This document shows positions 1-9,066 of a stretch of DNA of 64,000 nucleotides, piece after piece. Position 1 is the first letter of the stretch. The number at the start of each line of letters is the position of its first letter. Location of the stretch: contig CAXXTH010000012.1 in assembly GCA_963668025.2 (NCBI GenBank), forward strand, positions 96,001 through 160,000, read 5' to 3'. The stretch is from Candidatus Hydrogenedentota bacterium. Its GTDB lineage: Bacteria > Hydrogenedentota > Hydrogenedentia > Hydrogenedentales > SLHB01. Under the pieces are notes generated by a model. That model ran no database searches, had not been told where the DNA came from, and was given only the letters and a program-made list of their open reading frames with translations. The translations under genes were made by a program, and so were the position numbers.

Positions 1-154
1 ACCAAGTGTATTCGGAAGGCGCGGACGGGAAATCGGGATTTGACGGGCGCGGCGGCGAAGAAGACAATATAACGAGCTGGGATCAAGCAAAATCCTGGCG
101 CGGCGCGTATAAGGAATTGAACCGCCAATTCATGAAAGGGCGTTAGGCGTGCCC

Positions 155-1423
155 ATGGAACTGAAACTGTTATATGGCGCGGAGCCTGTCCAGGGAAGCA
201 TCGATTGGGGGCGATGCCTCGGCGTGCTTGATATCGCCGAAGGCCCTTCCACACATGATGCGGAAGAGATTATCCAGCAGGCCATTCTACATCCCATCGG
301 CCTTGAACAAGATATCTTCCAGATAGTCCAGCCCGGCGAGACGGTGGCGATTCTGGTGTCCGATTCGTTCCGAGAAACGAAAGCAGACTTGATTCTACCT
401 TTTCTCATCGAGGGGCTGAATGCGCGCGGCATACGTGATGAAGACATTTTTTTCGTTTTCGCCACGGGCACCCACCGTGCGCCGAACCCCGATGAGCAAG
501 CCCACATCCTCGGGCAGGCCATGTATGAGCGTTTTCGCGGCCGGGCTTGCCTTCATGACCCACGCGATGAAGCTAACCTCGTCGAGGTGGGTGTCACAAG
601 CCGGGGCACGCACATGCGCATCAACCGGCGCGTCCATGAGGCGGACCGCATTATCAGCACGGGCGCGGTGGTGCTGCATTATTTTGGCGGCTTCGGCGGC
701 GGGCGCAAATCCATTTTGCCGGGCATCAGCGCTATCGACACCATATCGCATAATCACGCCATGAACCTCGATCCAAACGAGGACCGCATCAATCCGGACG
801 TGCGCATCGGGGCGATGGAGGGCAATCCCGTTGCGGAAGACATGCTCGAAGCGGCGAAGCTCGTGCATGTGGATTATATTATTAACACTGTTTTGGACCG
901 GCATGGGCAAATCGCCGCCGTGTTCGCGGGTGAACTCGATGCGGCCCACCGCGCCGCCACAGAATATGCTTGGCGGCTCTACGCCTTGCCTATTCGGGAG
1001 CAGGCCAGCTTGGTGATCGCATCATCGGGTCCGGCCCGCAATTTCGTACAGTGCCATAAGGCCCTTTATAACGCATACCAAGCGGTGAAACCGGATGGCC
1101 GCATCATCTTCTTATGCCAGTGCAGGGAAGGCCTGGGCGGCGAACAATTCGTGAAATGGCTGCGTTTGGGCAGCAGGGAAGCCATCATCGCGGGTCTGCG
1201 CCAACATAGCGAGATCAACGGCCAAACCGCTCTTTCGACCATCCAGAAAAGTCCGATTGCCTTGCTTGTGACGAATATGGGCGAGGCGGAGGTGGGCTTG
1301 TTGGGCGCACGCAAGGCGGCGAGCCTGGATGCAGCGCTGGATATGGCCCGCGCCGAACTGCCGGAAAATCCTACATATTATGTCATGCCATCCGCGGCAT
1401 ACACCGTGCCATTCCTCGAATAG
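155..1423 (+). CDS. larA: LarA-superfamily nickel-pincer 2-hydroxy-acid racemase/epimerase (DUF2088)
   Basis: Motifs SDSFR, ATGTHR, HYFGGFGGGRKSILPG, NH and QCHKAL match LarA catalytic/cofactor-binding positions. Start at ATG 155 (alternative GTG 149). Substrate not determinable. Confidence 0.85.
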   Translation: MELKLLYGAEPVQGSIDWGRCLGVLDIAEGPSTHDAEEIIQQAILHPIGLEQDIFQIVQPGETVAILVSDSFRETKADLILPFLIEGLNARGIRDEDIFFVFATGTHRAPNPDEQAHILGQAMYERFRGRACLHDPRDEANLVEVGVTSRGTHMRINRRVHEADRIISTGAVVLHYFGGFGGGRKSILPGISAIDTISHNHAMNLDPNEDRINPDVRIGAMEGNPVAEDMLEAAKLVHVDYIINTVLDRHGQIAAVFAGELDAAHRAATEYAWRLYALPIREQASLVIASSGPARNFVQCHKALYNAYQAVKPDGRIIFLCQCREGLGGEQFVKWLRLGSREAIIAGLRQHSEINGQTALSTIQKSPIALLVTNMGEAEVGLLGARKAASLDAALDMARAELPENPTYYVMPSAAYTVPFLE

Positions 1424-1484
1424 GCGGCTTCTTTCTGTTTTACTGCCGAGAAGGTGCCGAGGGGTGTGCGTCCCAATTGTGCTT

Positions 1485-2798
1485 TCATGCGGCATCTTTC
1501 CTAGCTCTGTCGGCCCAGAAGTCTTCGAAGTCTCTGTTCAAGAAGGCGCATCGTAGCGTAATGATCTTGTTTGCACCGTTGACCGTCCATCTCATTCCGG
1601 ACTGCTTGAGCCGTTTTCCTACAACATTTTTGCAGCCGGCCTCTATGACGCCGGAGCCGACGAACAGTTTTTGTTCCCGGAATTCGGCATAGCGCATCAT
1701 GTGGGCGCGGCTGCCCAGATACAGAAAATGTTCCCAGGCCGCCTTGCCGTCATCGTCGTGGCTGGGCATGTGTGGCCGCAGTAGCTCCAGGGCCTGCGCG
1801 GCCTCTCCCTGCCGCACGAGTTCGCTGAGGCTTTGGCGCATCCGCATCCCCAGCTCAGTGGTCTTCCCAAAGAGCAGCGCGCACAACAGCGCCAGGTGTT
1901 CCAGTGCGTGATACAGGTCGAGGATGTGAACGGCCCCGGGGAAGTAGTCGGCGGCGATGTTCGCTATCCATTGCGCGCCGTCGGAAAGGACCACCACCTT
2001 TTGCGCGCGTTCCAGTCCACGGCGCTGGGCTTCGGCGAAGATGCGGCCTGCAAAGGCTTCGGCGTTTTCCACGGCGCCGGAAAAGGTGGTGCTGCCGGGG
2101 TCGCGCACCGGCTCCCCCTTCTCGTCCGTGCTGGTTTGTGTGAAGACGCATCCGATTTTGGCCTCACGGGTTTTGGCGGATCCGTCTTGCGCCTTTCCCT
2201 TGCGCCCGTCCGTTTCGGACTTGACGACGGGAACCCCCGTGCCGTCCATTTCGATGTACAGGACGGGAATCTCATCGCCGGTGCTGGGCTGCGCGGGGTT
2301 TGACGGATGCCCGCGCCGCTGCTTTTCCCACGCGGCCACGTCCGCTCCCGTCTGCTCGCTGGACCGCTCGCAGTCCTTGGCGCTCACGCTGATGCCCGCC
2401 AGTTCTTTTAGATCCCCGGCGGCGTCCGCGAAGCTTTCCCGCGCGCCAAGGCGCGCCGTCATTCGCCTGACGCCGGGCGAACGCGAAGTGCCCGCGACAT
2501 CCAGCAGTTCGTCCGCTGGATAGGCGGTGGCCCCGCATGGGCAGCGGTACATCGCGCGCTCCTGCGTGACGTTCCCCAGAATGGTCGTGATGCGCCTGGC
2601 CCGCATGCCCGCGCGGCGCATGGGATGGCCGCACAGCGGGCACGCATGCTCCTGGCCCTGGACAATGGCGTTTGCCTTGTCGAACAGGACGGCCAGCGTC
2701 TTTCCCGCGCCTTCCAGGGCGGCGGTGCGGATGAGTTTCTCCGTTGCTTCAAAGTCCACGCCGCGGTCCCGGCGGACTAGCGCCAGCGCCCGCGACAT
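1485..2798 (-). CDS. ISKra4-family DDE transposase (ORF B; probably fused to ORF A by -1 frameshift)
   Basis: LYIEMDGTGVP, REAKIG, SDGAQWI, LDLYHALEHL and GSGVIEAGCKNVVGKRLKQSGMRW motifs; N-terminal CPxC...CPC zinc finger. Confidence 0.9.
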   Translation of the reverse strand: MSRALALVRRDRGVDFEATEKLIRTAALEGAGKTLAVLFDKANAIVQGQEHACPLCGHPMRRAGMRARRITTILGNVTQERAMYRCPCGATAYPADELLDVAGTSRSPGVRRMTARLGARESFADAAGDLKELAGISVSAKDCERSSEQTGADVAAWEKQRRGHPSNPAQPSTGDEIPVLYIEMDGTGVPVVKSETDGRKGKAQDGSAKTREAKIGCVFTQTSTDEKGEPVRDPGSTTFSGAVENAEAFAGRIFAEAQRRGLERAQKVVVLSDGAQWIANIAADYFPGAVHILDLYHALEHLALLCALLFGKTTELGMRMRQSLSELVRQGEAAQALELLRPHMPSHDDDGKAAWEHFLYLGSRAHMMRYAEFREQKLFVGSGVIEAGCKNVVGKRLKQSGMRWTVNGANKIITLRCAFLNRDFEDFWADRARKDAA

Positions 2799-2821
2799 TT
2801 CCGCGGACCTTTCCAGTTCGA

Positions 2822-3172
2822 CTAGAGCCCTTTTTTTTGCCGCTCGTGGGCGGCCTCCTTGTCGCGCTCAAGCTCTCCGAGCTGTTGTGTCAGCTCGCAA
2901 AAGCGTTCGGCGAGTTCGTGAATACGCTTGCTGTTGTCCGTCTGTTCACGGGCGCGCCGCACGTCCTCGGGACTTCGCAGCCGCTGCCGCCGGGGCTTTC
3001 CCTGCTCGTACCACTGCAGGGAGTAATAAGGTCCCCGTTCCACGGCCTCCGGCATGTCCTTGCGTGTGCCCTTGACCATTTGCTCCGACACGCCGCCCGG
3101 GTGGGCGCTTCGAATGGCGCGCATCTGCCCCAAAATACATTCCCGTTGCGCTTCAATCGTCTCAATGTTCAT
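2822..3172 (-). CDS. IS ORF A (DUF6788-like N-terminal part of the ISKra4 transposase)
   Basis: GGAGG RBS before ATG 3172; GPYYSLQW motif; ends CAA AAA AAA GGG CTC TAG at an A8 slippery run. Confidence 0.75.
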   Translation of the reverse strand: MNIETIEAQRECILGQMRAIRSAHPGGVSEQMVKGTRKDMPEAVERGPYYSLQWYEQGKPRRQRLRSPEDVRRAREQTDNSKRIHELAERFCELTQQLGELERDKEAAHERQKKGL

Positions 3173-3205
3173 GGCGGCCTCCATTTGTGTCTATACAGAC
3201 ACAAA

Positions 3206-3234
3206 ATTATACCGCAAAAAACATCTGGACGCAA
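3206..3234 (-). promoter_or_regulatory. Sigma70-like promoter of the IS transposase
   Basis: Minus strand TTGCGT-N17-TATAAT. A perfect 9-bp inverted repeat (3184-3205) overlaps the predicted start site. Confidence 0.6.
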
Positions 3235-3275
3235 CGAAACACAATCATGGCGCACACCCGGTGCCGAGAAGGTGC

Positions 3276-3304
3276 TTGAACAACGCGTATAAAACGGGTA
3301 GTAT
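3276..3304 (+). promoter_or_regulatory. Sigma70-like promoter of tRNA-Leu
   Basis: TTGAAC-N17-TAGTAT, 12 nt upstream of the tRNA 5' end. Confidence 0.6.
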
Positions 3305-3316
3305 ATCTACCGCTTC

Positions 3317-3404
3317 GCCCGGATGGTGGAATCGGCAGACACGCTAGGCTAAGGACCTAGTGCCTGTAATGGGTGTGGGAGTTCGAGTCTCCCTCCGGGC
3401 ACCA
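3317..3404 (+). tRNA. trnL: tRNA-Leu, anticodon AAG
   Basis: Acceptor stem GCCCGGA/TCCGGGC, discriminator A plus encoded CCA, anticodon arm CTAGG-CTAAGGA-CCTAG (AAG at 3351-3353), long variable arm, T arm GGGAG-TTCGAGT-CTCCC. Confidence 0.95.
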
Positions 3405-3414
3405 TATAAAACAT

Positions 3415-3455
3415 ACCCCTGGCGGGAGATTTTTCCGCTAGGGGTTTTGTTTTTT
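3415..3455 (+). terminator. Rho-independent terminator after the tRNA
   Basis: Hairpin ACCCCTGGCGGGA/TTCCGCTAGGGGT followed by TTTGTTTTTT. Confidence 0.8.
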
Positions 3456-3565
3456 ATGATTGTTTGTGATTCAATTAACCGTTAATATGTAATTATGGTT
3501 ATGGGATAGACCCAATCAGAAATGCTTTACTACAGTAAACATGCTGTGCTGAAAGGAGCTGTCGA

Positions 3566-5095
3566 ATGCTTATCCTGTTGGGAAAAGAAACCACGATGGT
3601 ATCCAGCCGTTTCATGCTGAAATGTTTGTTCGTCATCTGCATACTCCTCATGCCCATCGCGGCGGAATCCGCTACGCCAGCGCCAAGCTCCGGCCCCGAA
3701 CCGTGTATAAACGGCCCCCGCGTGATAGGAGCAACTCCAGGCCACCCGTTTCTTTTTCGGATTCCGGCAACGGGCGAAGGCCCATTGAAGTTTTCCGCAA
3801 AAAAACTTCCCGCTGGACTTGCGCTGGAGCCATCAACTGGCGTCATCACCGGTTCGCTGGAGAAAGCGGGGACATACAAGCTGAAACTTAAACTCAAGGG
3901 CGCTCACGGCACAGCTACAAGAATGCTTACCATCATTGGCGGCGAGCATCAACTGGCGCAGACTCCCCCCCTGGGATGGAATTCCTGGAACATCTGGGGC
4001 ATACAGATAGACGAGGAGAAGGTTCGCGCTGCTGCCGACTGGATGGTTAAAAGCGGGCTGGCCTCCCACGGGTATCAATACATCAACATTGACGACGGCT
4101 GGCAAGGCGAGCGTGACGAAGATGGCGTGCTCCATCCCAACGAGAAGTTCAAAGATATGAAGGCGCTGGCCGATTATGTACACAGCAAAGGGCTCAAAAT
4201 AGGGATTTACTCTTCGCCTGGACCGGCCACCTGCGGCGGTTTTGCCGGTAGTTATCAGCACGAAGAACAGGACGCCATGATGTATGCCGAATGGGGCATG
4301 GACTATCTCAAGTATGATTGGTGCTCCTATGGAGATATTGCCAAACAGGACGGCGGCCTAGAGGAATTTAAAAAACCATACTTCATCATGCGCGAGGCGC
4401 TGGACAAGTGTGGCCGGGACATCGTCTTCAGCCTCTGCCAGTATGGCATGAGCGACGTTTGGGAATGGGGCGCGGAGGTGGGCGGCAACCTCTGGCGCAC
4501 CACTGGCGATATTCACGATACATGGCAAAGCCTGTCCGATATTGGATTCAAGCAAGGAAAATCCAGTCCTTTCGCCAAACCAGGCCAATGGAACGATCCG
4601 GACATGCTGGTCGTTGGAAAAACCGCGGGAGCATGGGGTGAAATTCACCCGACCATTCTCACGCAAAACGAGCAGATCACCCACATCACCCTTTGGAGTT
4701 TGCTGGCCGCACCGTTGCTGATCGGATGCGATATGGCCGAAATGGACCAGTTCACTCTTGACCTGCTCTCGAATGACGATGTTCTGGATGTCGACCAAGA
4801 TCCCTTAGGCAAAGCTGCTGTCCCTGTGCAGGCAAAGGAGGCGGTTGAAAACTCCCCTGGACTCGAAGTCTGGTCCAGGCCGCTGTGGGACGGCACGATT
4901 GCCGTGGGTCTTTTCAATCGCAGCGACAAGGAAACGGTGGTGACTGCGAAATGGTCCGAGCTCGGCCTATCCGGCAAGCAGCCCGTGCGCGACCTTTGGA
5001 AGAAAAAAGATATGGGCAAATTCGATGGTTCATATGGTGTTTCGGTCGCGCCACACGGAGCCGCCTTGTTGAAAATAGGAAAACCCAAAAAATAG
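3566..5095 (+). CDS. Secreted alpha-galactosidase, GH27, with N-terminal Ig-like (He_PIG) domain
   Basis: TPPLGWNSWN, YINIDDGWQ, DYLKYDWC, WRTTGDI and WNDPDML motifs; signal peptide; AAGGAG before ATG 3566. Confidence 0.92.
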   Translation: MLILLGKETTMVSSRFMLKCLFVICILLMPIAAESATPAPSSGPEPCINGPRVIGATPGHPFLFRIPATGEGPLKFSAKKLPAGLALEPSTGVITGSLEKAGTYKLKLKLKGAHGTATRMLTIIGGEHQLAQTPPLGWNSWNIWGIQIDEEKVRAAADWMVKSGLASHGYQYINIDDGWQGERDEDGVLHPNEKFKDMKALADYVHSKGLKIGIYSSPGPATCGGFAGSYQHEEQDAMMYAEWGMDYLKYDWCSYGDIAKQDGGLEEFKKPYFIMREALDKCGRDIVFSLCQYGMSDVWEWGAEVGGNLWRTTGDIHDTWQSLSDIGFKQGKSSPFAKPGQWNDPDMLVVGKTAGAWGEIHPTILTQNEQITHITLWSLLAAPLLIGCDMAEMDQFTLDLLSNDDVLDVDQDPLGKAAVPVQAKEAVENSPGLEVWSRPLWDGTIAVGLFNRSDKETVVTAKWSELGLSGKQPVRDLWKKKDMGKFDGSYGVSVAPHGAALLKIGKPKK

Positions 5096-5434
5096 GGCCA
5101 TACTCTCTTAATACTACTATGAAATATGGCATTTTTTGGCAAATGCAATTTGTGTATTTTTTTAGCCAACTGAAGTGTTGCCAGGTTATGAACGTAGCAA
5201 GCTTGAGTGCTACAGGCCCGATAGGAACTGTGCTTTTAGCGTTCCATTCTTCTAATTCTGGTTTGTATTGGCCTGGAAATGCAGGTTTGACAGTAAGCAT
5301 AGGGTTTGATAGGCTTTGTATCGCGGATGGCGGAACCCTCTTGGGGGCAGTCTATGCGGGTGCTTTCCCCTATGAATGCCGGGGTTCAGCTTGGTGGATG
5401 GGAAACCCTTCTTTTACTTCTAGGAGTGCATATT

Positions 5435-7024
5435 ATGCCTAAGATTCTCGTTCTGGATAATTTGAGCGAAGAAGGCGTCGAGATTTTCAAGAAGGCCGAG
5501 GGGTTCGAGGTGGATGTTAAGCCGCCACAGAAGCCCGAGGAACTCGCCGCCATTATTGGCGATTATGACGGATTGGTCGTGCGAAGCGGCACGAAAGTGA
5601 CTGCGGAAGCCCTCGAAAAAGCCACCCGCTTGAAAGTCGTCGGGCGCGCCGGAGCAGGCACGGACAATATCGATAAAAACGCCGCCACGAAGATGGGCAT
5701 TGTGGTGATGAACACGCCTGGCGGCAACACGATCTCGACTTGCGAGCATACCTTCGCCCTTTTATTCGCCCTTTTGCGGCATATCCCCGCCGCCCATGCC
5801 TCGATGCGTGAAGGCCGGTGGGACCGCAAAAAATTCCAAGGCACGGAAGTGCGAGGCAAGACACTGGGTATCGTCGGCATCGGACGCATCGGCGGCGAAG
5901 TGGCCAAACGCGCCCAAGCCTTTGAAATGAAAGTCTTGGCCTACGACCCCATCTTGACGAAACTCAAGGGAGATGCGCTGGGCGTCGAATTGGTCGAGTT
6001 GGATGAGTTGCTTACCCGCTCGGATTTCATCACCATACACGCCCCCAAAACGGACAAGACCGCCAATCTGCTCGACTTGGCGGCGATCAAGAAAATGAAG
6101 CCCACGGCGCGCATCATCAATGCGGCCCGCGGCGGCATCGTGAATGAGCAAGACTTGGCCCAAGCCTTGCGCGAAAACGTCATCGCGGGCGCGGCGCTGG
6201 ATGTCTACACTTCCGAACCCTTCGAGAATAATCCGTTCCTCGGCCTTGATAACATTGTCATGACGCCCCATTTGGCGGCGTCCACGGACGAGGCCCAGCT
6301 TACCGTCGCCATCGACATCGCCCATCAAATGGTCGATTATCTCACCACGGGCGCTATCGTGAACGCCGTCAACGTGCCCAGCTTGGACGCCGATACCCGG
6401 GCGAAGCTCAAGCCGTTCTTGTATTTGGCGGACCGCTTGGGGCGGTTTCAATCGCTCTTCATACAGGGCAGCCCCACGGCCATCGAGATCGAATACGGGG
6501 GCGATATGGGCGTCACCGACACGTATCCCATCACGGCGGCGGTGCTCCAAGGTTTCCTGACGCCGTTAATGGAAAATGTGAACATGGTCAGTGCGCCATC
6601 GCTTCTCCAGGAACACGGCATCCAATTCAGCGAGACCCGCAGCGCCAGGCCTACGGATTACGCGTTCAGCATCACGGTGCGCGTCACGACCGAGCATGAG
6701 AATCACCAAGTGGCGGGCACGTTGTTTGGGTTTAACAAAGATCCCCGGATTTGTGTCATCGACCATACCCGGGTGGATGTGCGTCCCGAGGGCTGGATTC
6801 TAGTGGCGTTCAATGAAGATAAGCCGCTCATCGTAGGCCGCATCGCCACGATTATTGGGGAAGCAGGCGTCAATATCGCCGATATGACGCTGGGGCGTGA
6901 TGCGCGGGGCGGCCGGGCCGCGACCGTGCTCAACCTGGATGGCCCACTCCGGGACGCCGACATGGAAAAAATCCGCCAGGTGCCTTTCGTCAATCAAGCG
7001 CGGATGGTGCAGTTAGACCATTGA
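5435..7024 (+). CDS. serA: D-3-phosphoglycerate dehydrogenase (long type, ASB and ACT domains)
   Basis: VVRSGTKV, GRAGAGTDNID, GIGRIG, INAARGG and TPHLAAST motifs; C-terminal ACT-like domain; AGGAG RBS before ATG 5435. Confidence 0.95.
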   Translation: MPKILVLDNLSEEGVEIFKKAEGFEVDVKPPQKPEELAAIIGDYDGLVVRSGTKVTAEALEKATRLKVVGRAGAGTDNIDKNAATKMGIVVMNTPGGNTISTCEHTFALLFALLRHIPAAHASMREGRWDRKKFQGTEVRGKTLGIVGIGRIGGEVAKRAQAFEMKVLAYDPILTKLKGDALGVELVELDELLTRSDFITIHAPKTDKTANLLDLAAIKKMKPTARIINAARGGIVNEQDLAQALRENVIAGAALDVYTSEPFENNPFLGLDNIVMTPHLAASTDEAQLTVAIDIAHQMVDYLTTGAIVNAVNVPSLDADTRAKLKPFLYLADRLGRFQSLFIQGSPTAIEIEYGGDMGVTDTYPITAAVLQGFLTPLMENVNMVSAPSLLQEHGIQFSETRSARPTDYAFSITVRVTTEHENHQVAGTLFGFNKDPRICVIDHTRVDVRPEGWILVAFNEDKPLIVGRIATIIGEAGVNIADMTLGRDARGGRAATVLNLDGPLRDADMEKIRQVPFVNQARMVQLDH

Positions 7025-7050
7025 CAATTGGATACTTGCCAATGAATCCA

Positions 7051-7077
7051 GAGGCCGGTTGGCATACAACCGGCCTC
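7051..7077 (+). terminator. Hairpin downstream of serA (possible terminator)
   Basis: 11-bp perfect stem GAGGCCGGTTG/CAACCGGCCTC; no clear U tract. Confidence 0.45.
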
Positions 7078-7231
7078 AGGTATTATATCGGTGGCCTCTC
7101 TCTTTTTATGTCCCTCAATGCGCTGGCTGCGCAGTCGCAGGGGATTTGTAATAACCTCTGGTGGCGGTGTAGGCTGGTTTTCGTGATTAGGCTAATGTGC
7201 GTTTCCATAAACAGGAAAGGCTTTTCGTGTC

Positions 7232-8143
7232 ATGAAGCAATCACCTGCAAAACGTGTTCGCCACAGGATGCTGCTTAGTACGCTTATGGCGCTGTCTGTA
7301 GCGGCCTTGGCAGGTTGTCCGAGCCCGGTGTCGCCCGGTGTAACGATTACCACGGATGTGACGTATGCCGTGGGATATGTGTCCGATAGCGACACGAGCA
7401 CCACCTGGACGCTGAAACCGCTGTTGATTGATATCTATGAACCGGCTTCCTCGAAGGCGACAAATCCGGCGATCTTGCTGGTTCATGGCGGCAGTTTTAC
7501 CGATGGCAGCAAGGAAAAAGAGGAGATCGTCGAATACGCGAAATTCTTCGCGAACCATGGGTATGTCGCTTTCGCCATGAATTACCGCCTTAGCGGCGAT
7601 TATCCGCCTGCTCCATCCTATTGGCAAACGCTCGCGGTCACCTCATCCGCCCATGCAGCCATGGTGGATATAAAGAATGCGGTCCGCTTTATCCGAGCCA
7701 ATGCGGAAGAATATGGCGTGGATACGGAACGCATCGGGCTCATGGGCGAATCGGCGGGCGCTATCGCCGGGGCGGCCGTAGCGTTCACGGATGATGATGA
7801 ATTTGTTACCGACGGAGACGAGTTTGCCGTGCCTGAGCAGAACCATCCCGGCATATCCGCCCGCGTGAATGCCTACTGCCATTTCTGGGGCAATGCGGAT
7901 TTATTTCTGACGGAAGTGGACCGGAATGATCCCCCGGTCATGATCGTTCATGGCACGGACGACGACGAAACATTCACCCCGTTTGCATCCGCCAAGCGGC
8001 TGCATTCGCTGCTCGAACTCTATGGCATCCCGCATGAATTCTACGAAGCGGAAGGATATGGGCACGGCGCATGGGAATACCGGAATAACATGAAGAATCT
8101 CAAGCAGTTGATGCTCGCGTTTTTGGATGAACAGCTCGGTTGA
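7232..8143 (+). CDS. Alpha/beta-hydrolase (esterase/lipase), probable lipoprotein
   Basis: HGGSF oxyanion motif, GESAG nucleophile, HGTDD and GHG motifs; lipobox LAGC. True start may be slightly downstream. Confidence 0.85.
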   Translation: MKQSPAKRVRHRMLLSTLMALSVAALAGCPSPVSPGVTITTDVTYAVGYVSDSDTSTTWTLKPLLIDIYEPASSKATNPAILLVHGGSFTDGSKEKEEIVEYAKFFANHGYVAFAMNYRLSGDYPPAPSYWQTLAVTSSAHAAMVDIKNAVRFIRANAEEYGVDTERIGLMGESAGAIAGAAVAFTDDDEFVTDGDEFAVPEQNHPGISARVNAYCHFWGNADLFLTEVDRNDPPVMIVHGTDDDETFTPFASAKRLHSLLELYGIPHEFYEAEGYGHGAWEYRNNMKNLKQLMLAFLDEQLG

Positions 8144-8240
8144 AGCTTAAGCGCTTTCTTCAGTTCGTGTTCGTTTCTTTATAAGCTGGCCCCATGCAAG
8201 GCGGCGCAGACAGGAGCCCGCATTCATCTGGATGTACAGA

Positions 8241-8807
8241 TTAGCAGGATGGAGGAATATCGCTATATTCGTCCAAAACAATTTGTGGATATAATTTCTT
8301 CGCACATTCAGGGCATAGGCCATGGCTAAATTCCGCCTCCGTGTGGTCGCGGACATAAGATTCCACTTGATGCCAGTAACCGTTATCATCTCGAATTTTC
8401 TTGCATGATGCACAAATAGGAAGTATGCCTTTTAGTTGCTTAATCTCACCGAATGCCTGCTGAAGGTCATCATTTTTCTTTGATATAAGATGATTCATCG
8501 CATTAAGCTGCCGCCAGCGATATACAGAATAACATGCCAATACGAACACGAGGACTAGCGATACCGTTATAAACTCATCGAGCTGCCAGTGTTCATGCTT
8601 TCTTGTAAACTCCACGAGATATTCAAGCGCATCATAATATGCTGACAAAATGAAGGCTATAATAGCTATCGTAGTGACAATGGCGATATCCCAAGAATGA
8701 TTACGCGGCTTATCTTGGGCAATATTATGGTTTCTCATGCCTGCGCTCCTCTTCATTTGGCGCCAGCTACGATTAAAATCAACGGGCGCGTAAATGCGCC
8801 TTTGCAT
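8241..8807 (-). CDS. Two-TM membrane protein with coiled coil and C-terminal Cys4 domain
   Basis: Two hydrophobic segments, then LKGILPICASCKKIRDDNGYW...FSHGLCPEC. Start uncertain (8738-8807). Confidence 0.75.
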   Translation of the reverse strand: MQRRIYAPVDFNRSWRQMKRSAGMRNHNIAQDKPRNHSWDIAIVTTIAIIAFILSAYYDALEYLVEFTRKHEHWQLDEFITVSLVLVFVLACYSVYRWRQLNAMNHLISKKNDDLQQAFGEIKQLKGILPICASCKKIRDDNGYWHQVESYVRDHTEAEFSHGLCPECAKKLYPQIVLDEYSDIPPSC

Positions 8808-8999
8808 TTGTCTTGCTAGGCTTGGGCTGAAGGCCGTTTCTCTATGCTCAACACAATACTCAAAAGAACATCGCCACAGAAAAAAGGCAACTGCTATCTA
8901 CATTATATCGTATAACTTGCTCAAACATCAGGAATGGTCTGATAGAACCGCCTACAAAGGCGTCCATTATTCTTGTCTAGATAGTCGCAGCAAAGGAAA

Positions 9000-9033
9000 A
9001 CCTGAAAGCGGAGGCAAGCTTCCGCTTTCAGGT
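9000..9033. terminator. Hairpin after the ETF-QO-like gene (terminator or REP-like)
   Basis: ACCTGAAAGCGGAG-GCAAG-CTTCCGCTTTCAGGT, just past the 9067 stop. Confidence 0.55.
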
Positions 9034-9066
9034 AAAGAGTTGTTGGCCGCTCATTTATTTGCCCGC

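Larger units (their letters stand above)
1462..3259 (-). mobile_element. ISKra4-family insertion sequence, intact (1798 bp)
   Basis: Imperfect terminal IRs GGGTGTGCGTCCCAATTGTG (1462) and CACAATCATGGCGCACACCC (ending 3259). 9-bp target duplication GGTGCCGAG at 1453-1461 and 3260-3268. Confidence 0.92.

Noticed and set aside
5306-5434. N-terminal extension of serA in the ORF track
   Set aside because: The AGGAG RBS and the conserved start MPKILVLD point to ATG 5435.
3317-9000. tRNA-anchored genomic island or prophage
   Set aside because: No integrase, no duplicated tRNA 3' end seen, and the housekeeping gene serA follows.
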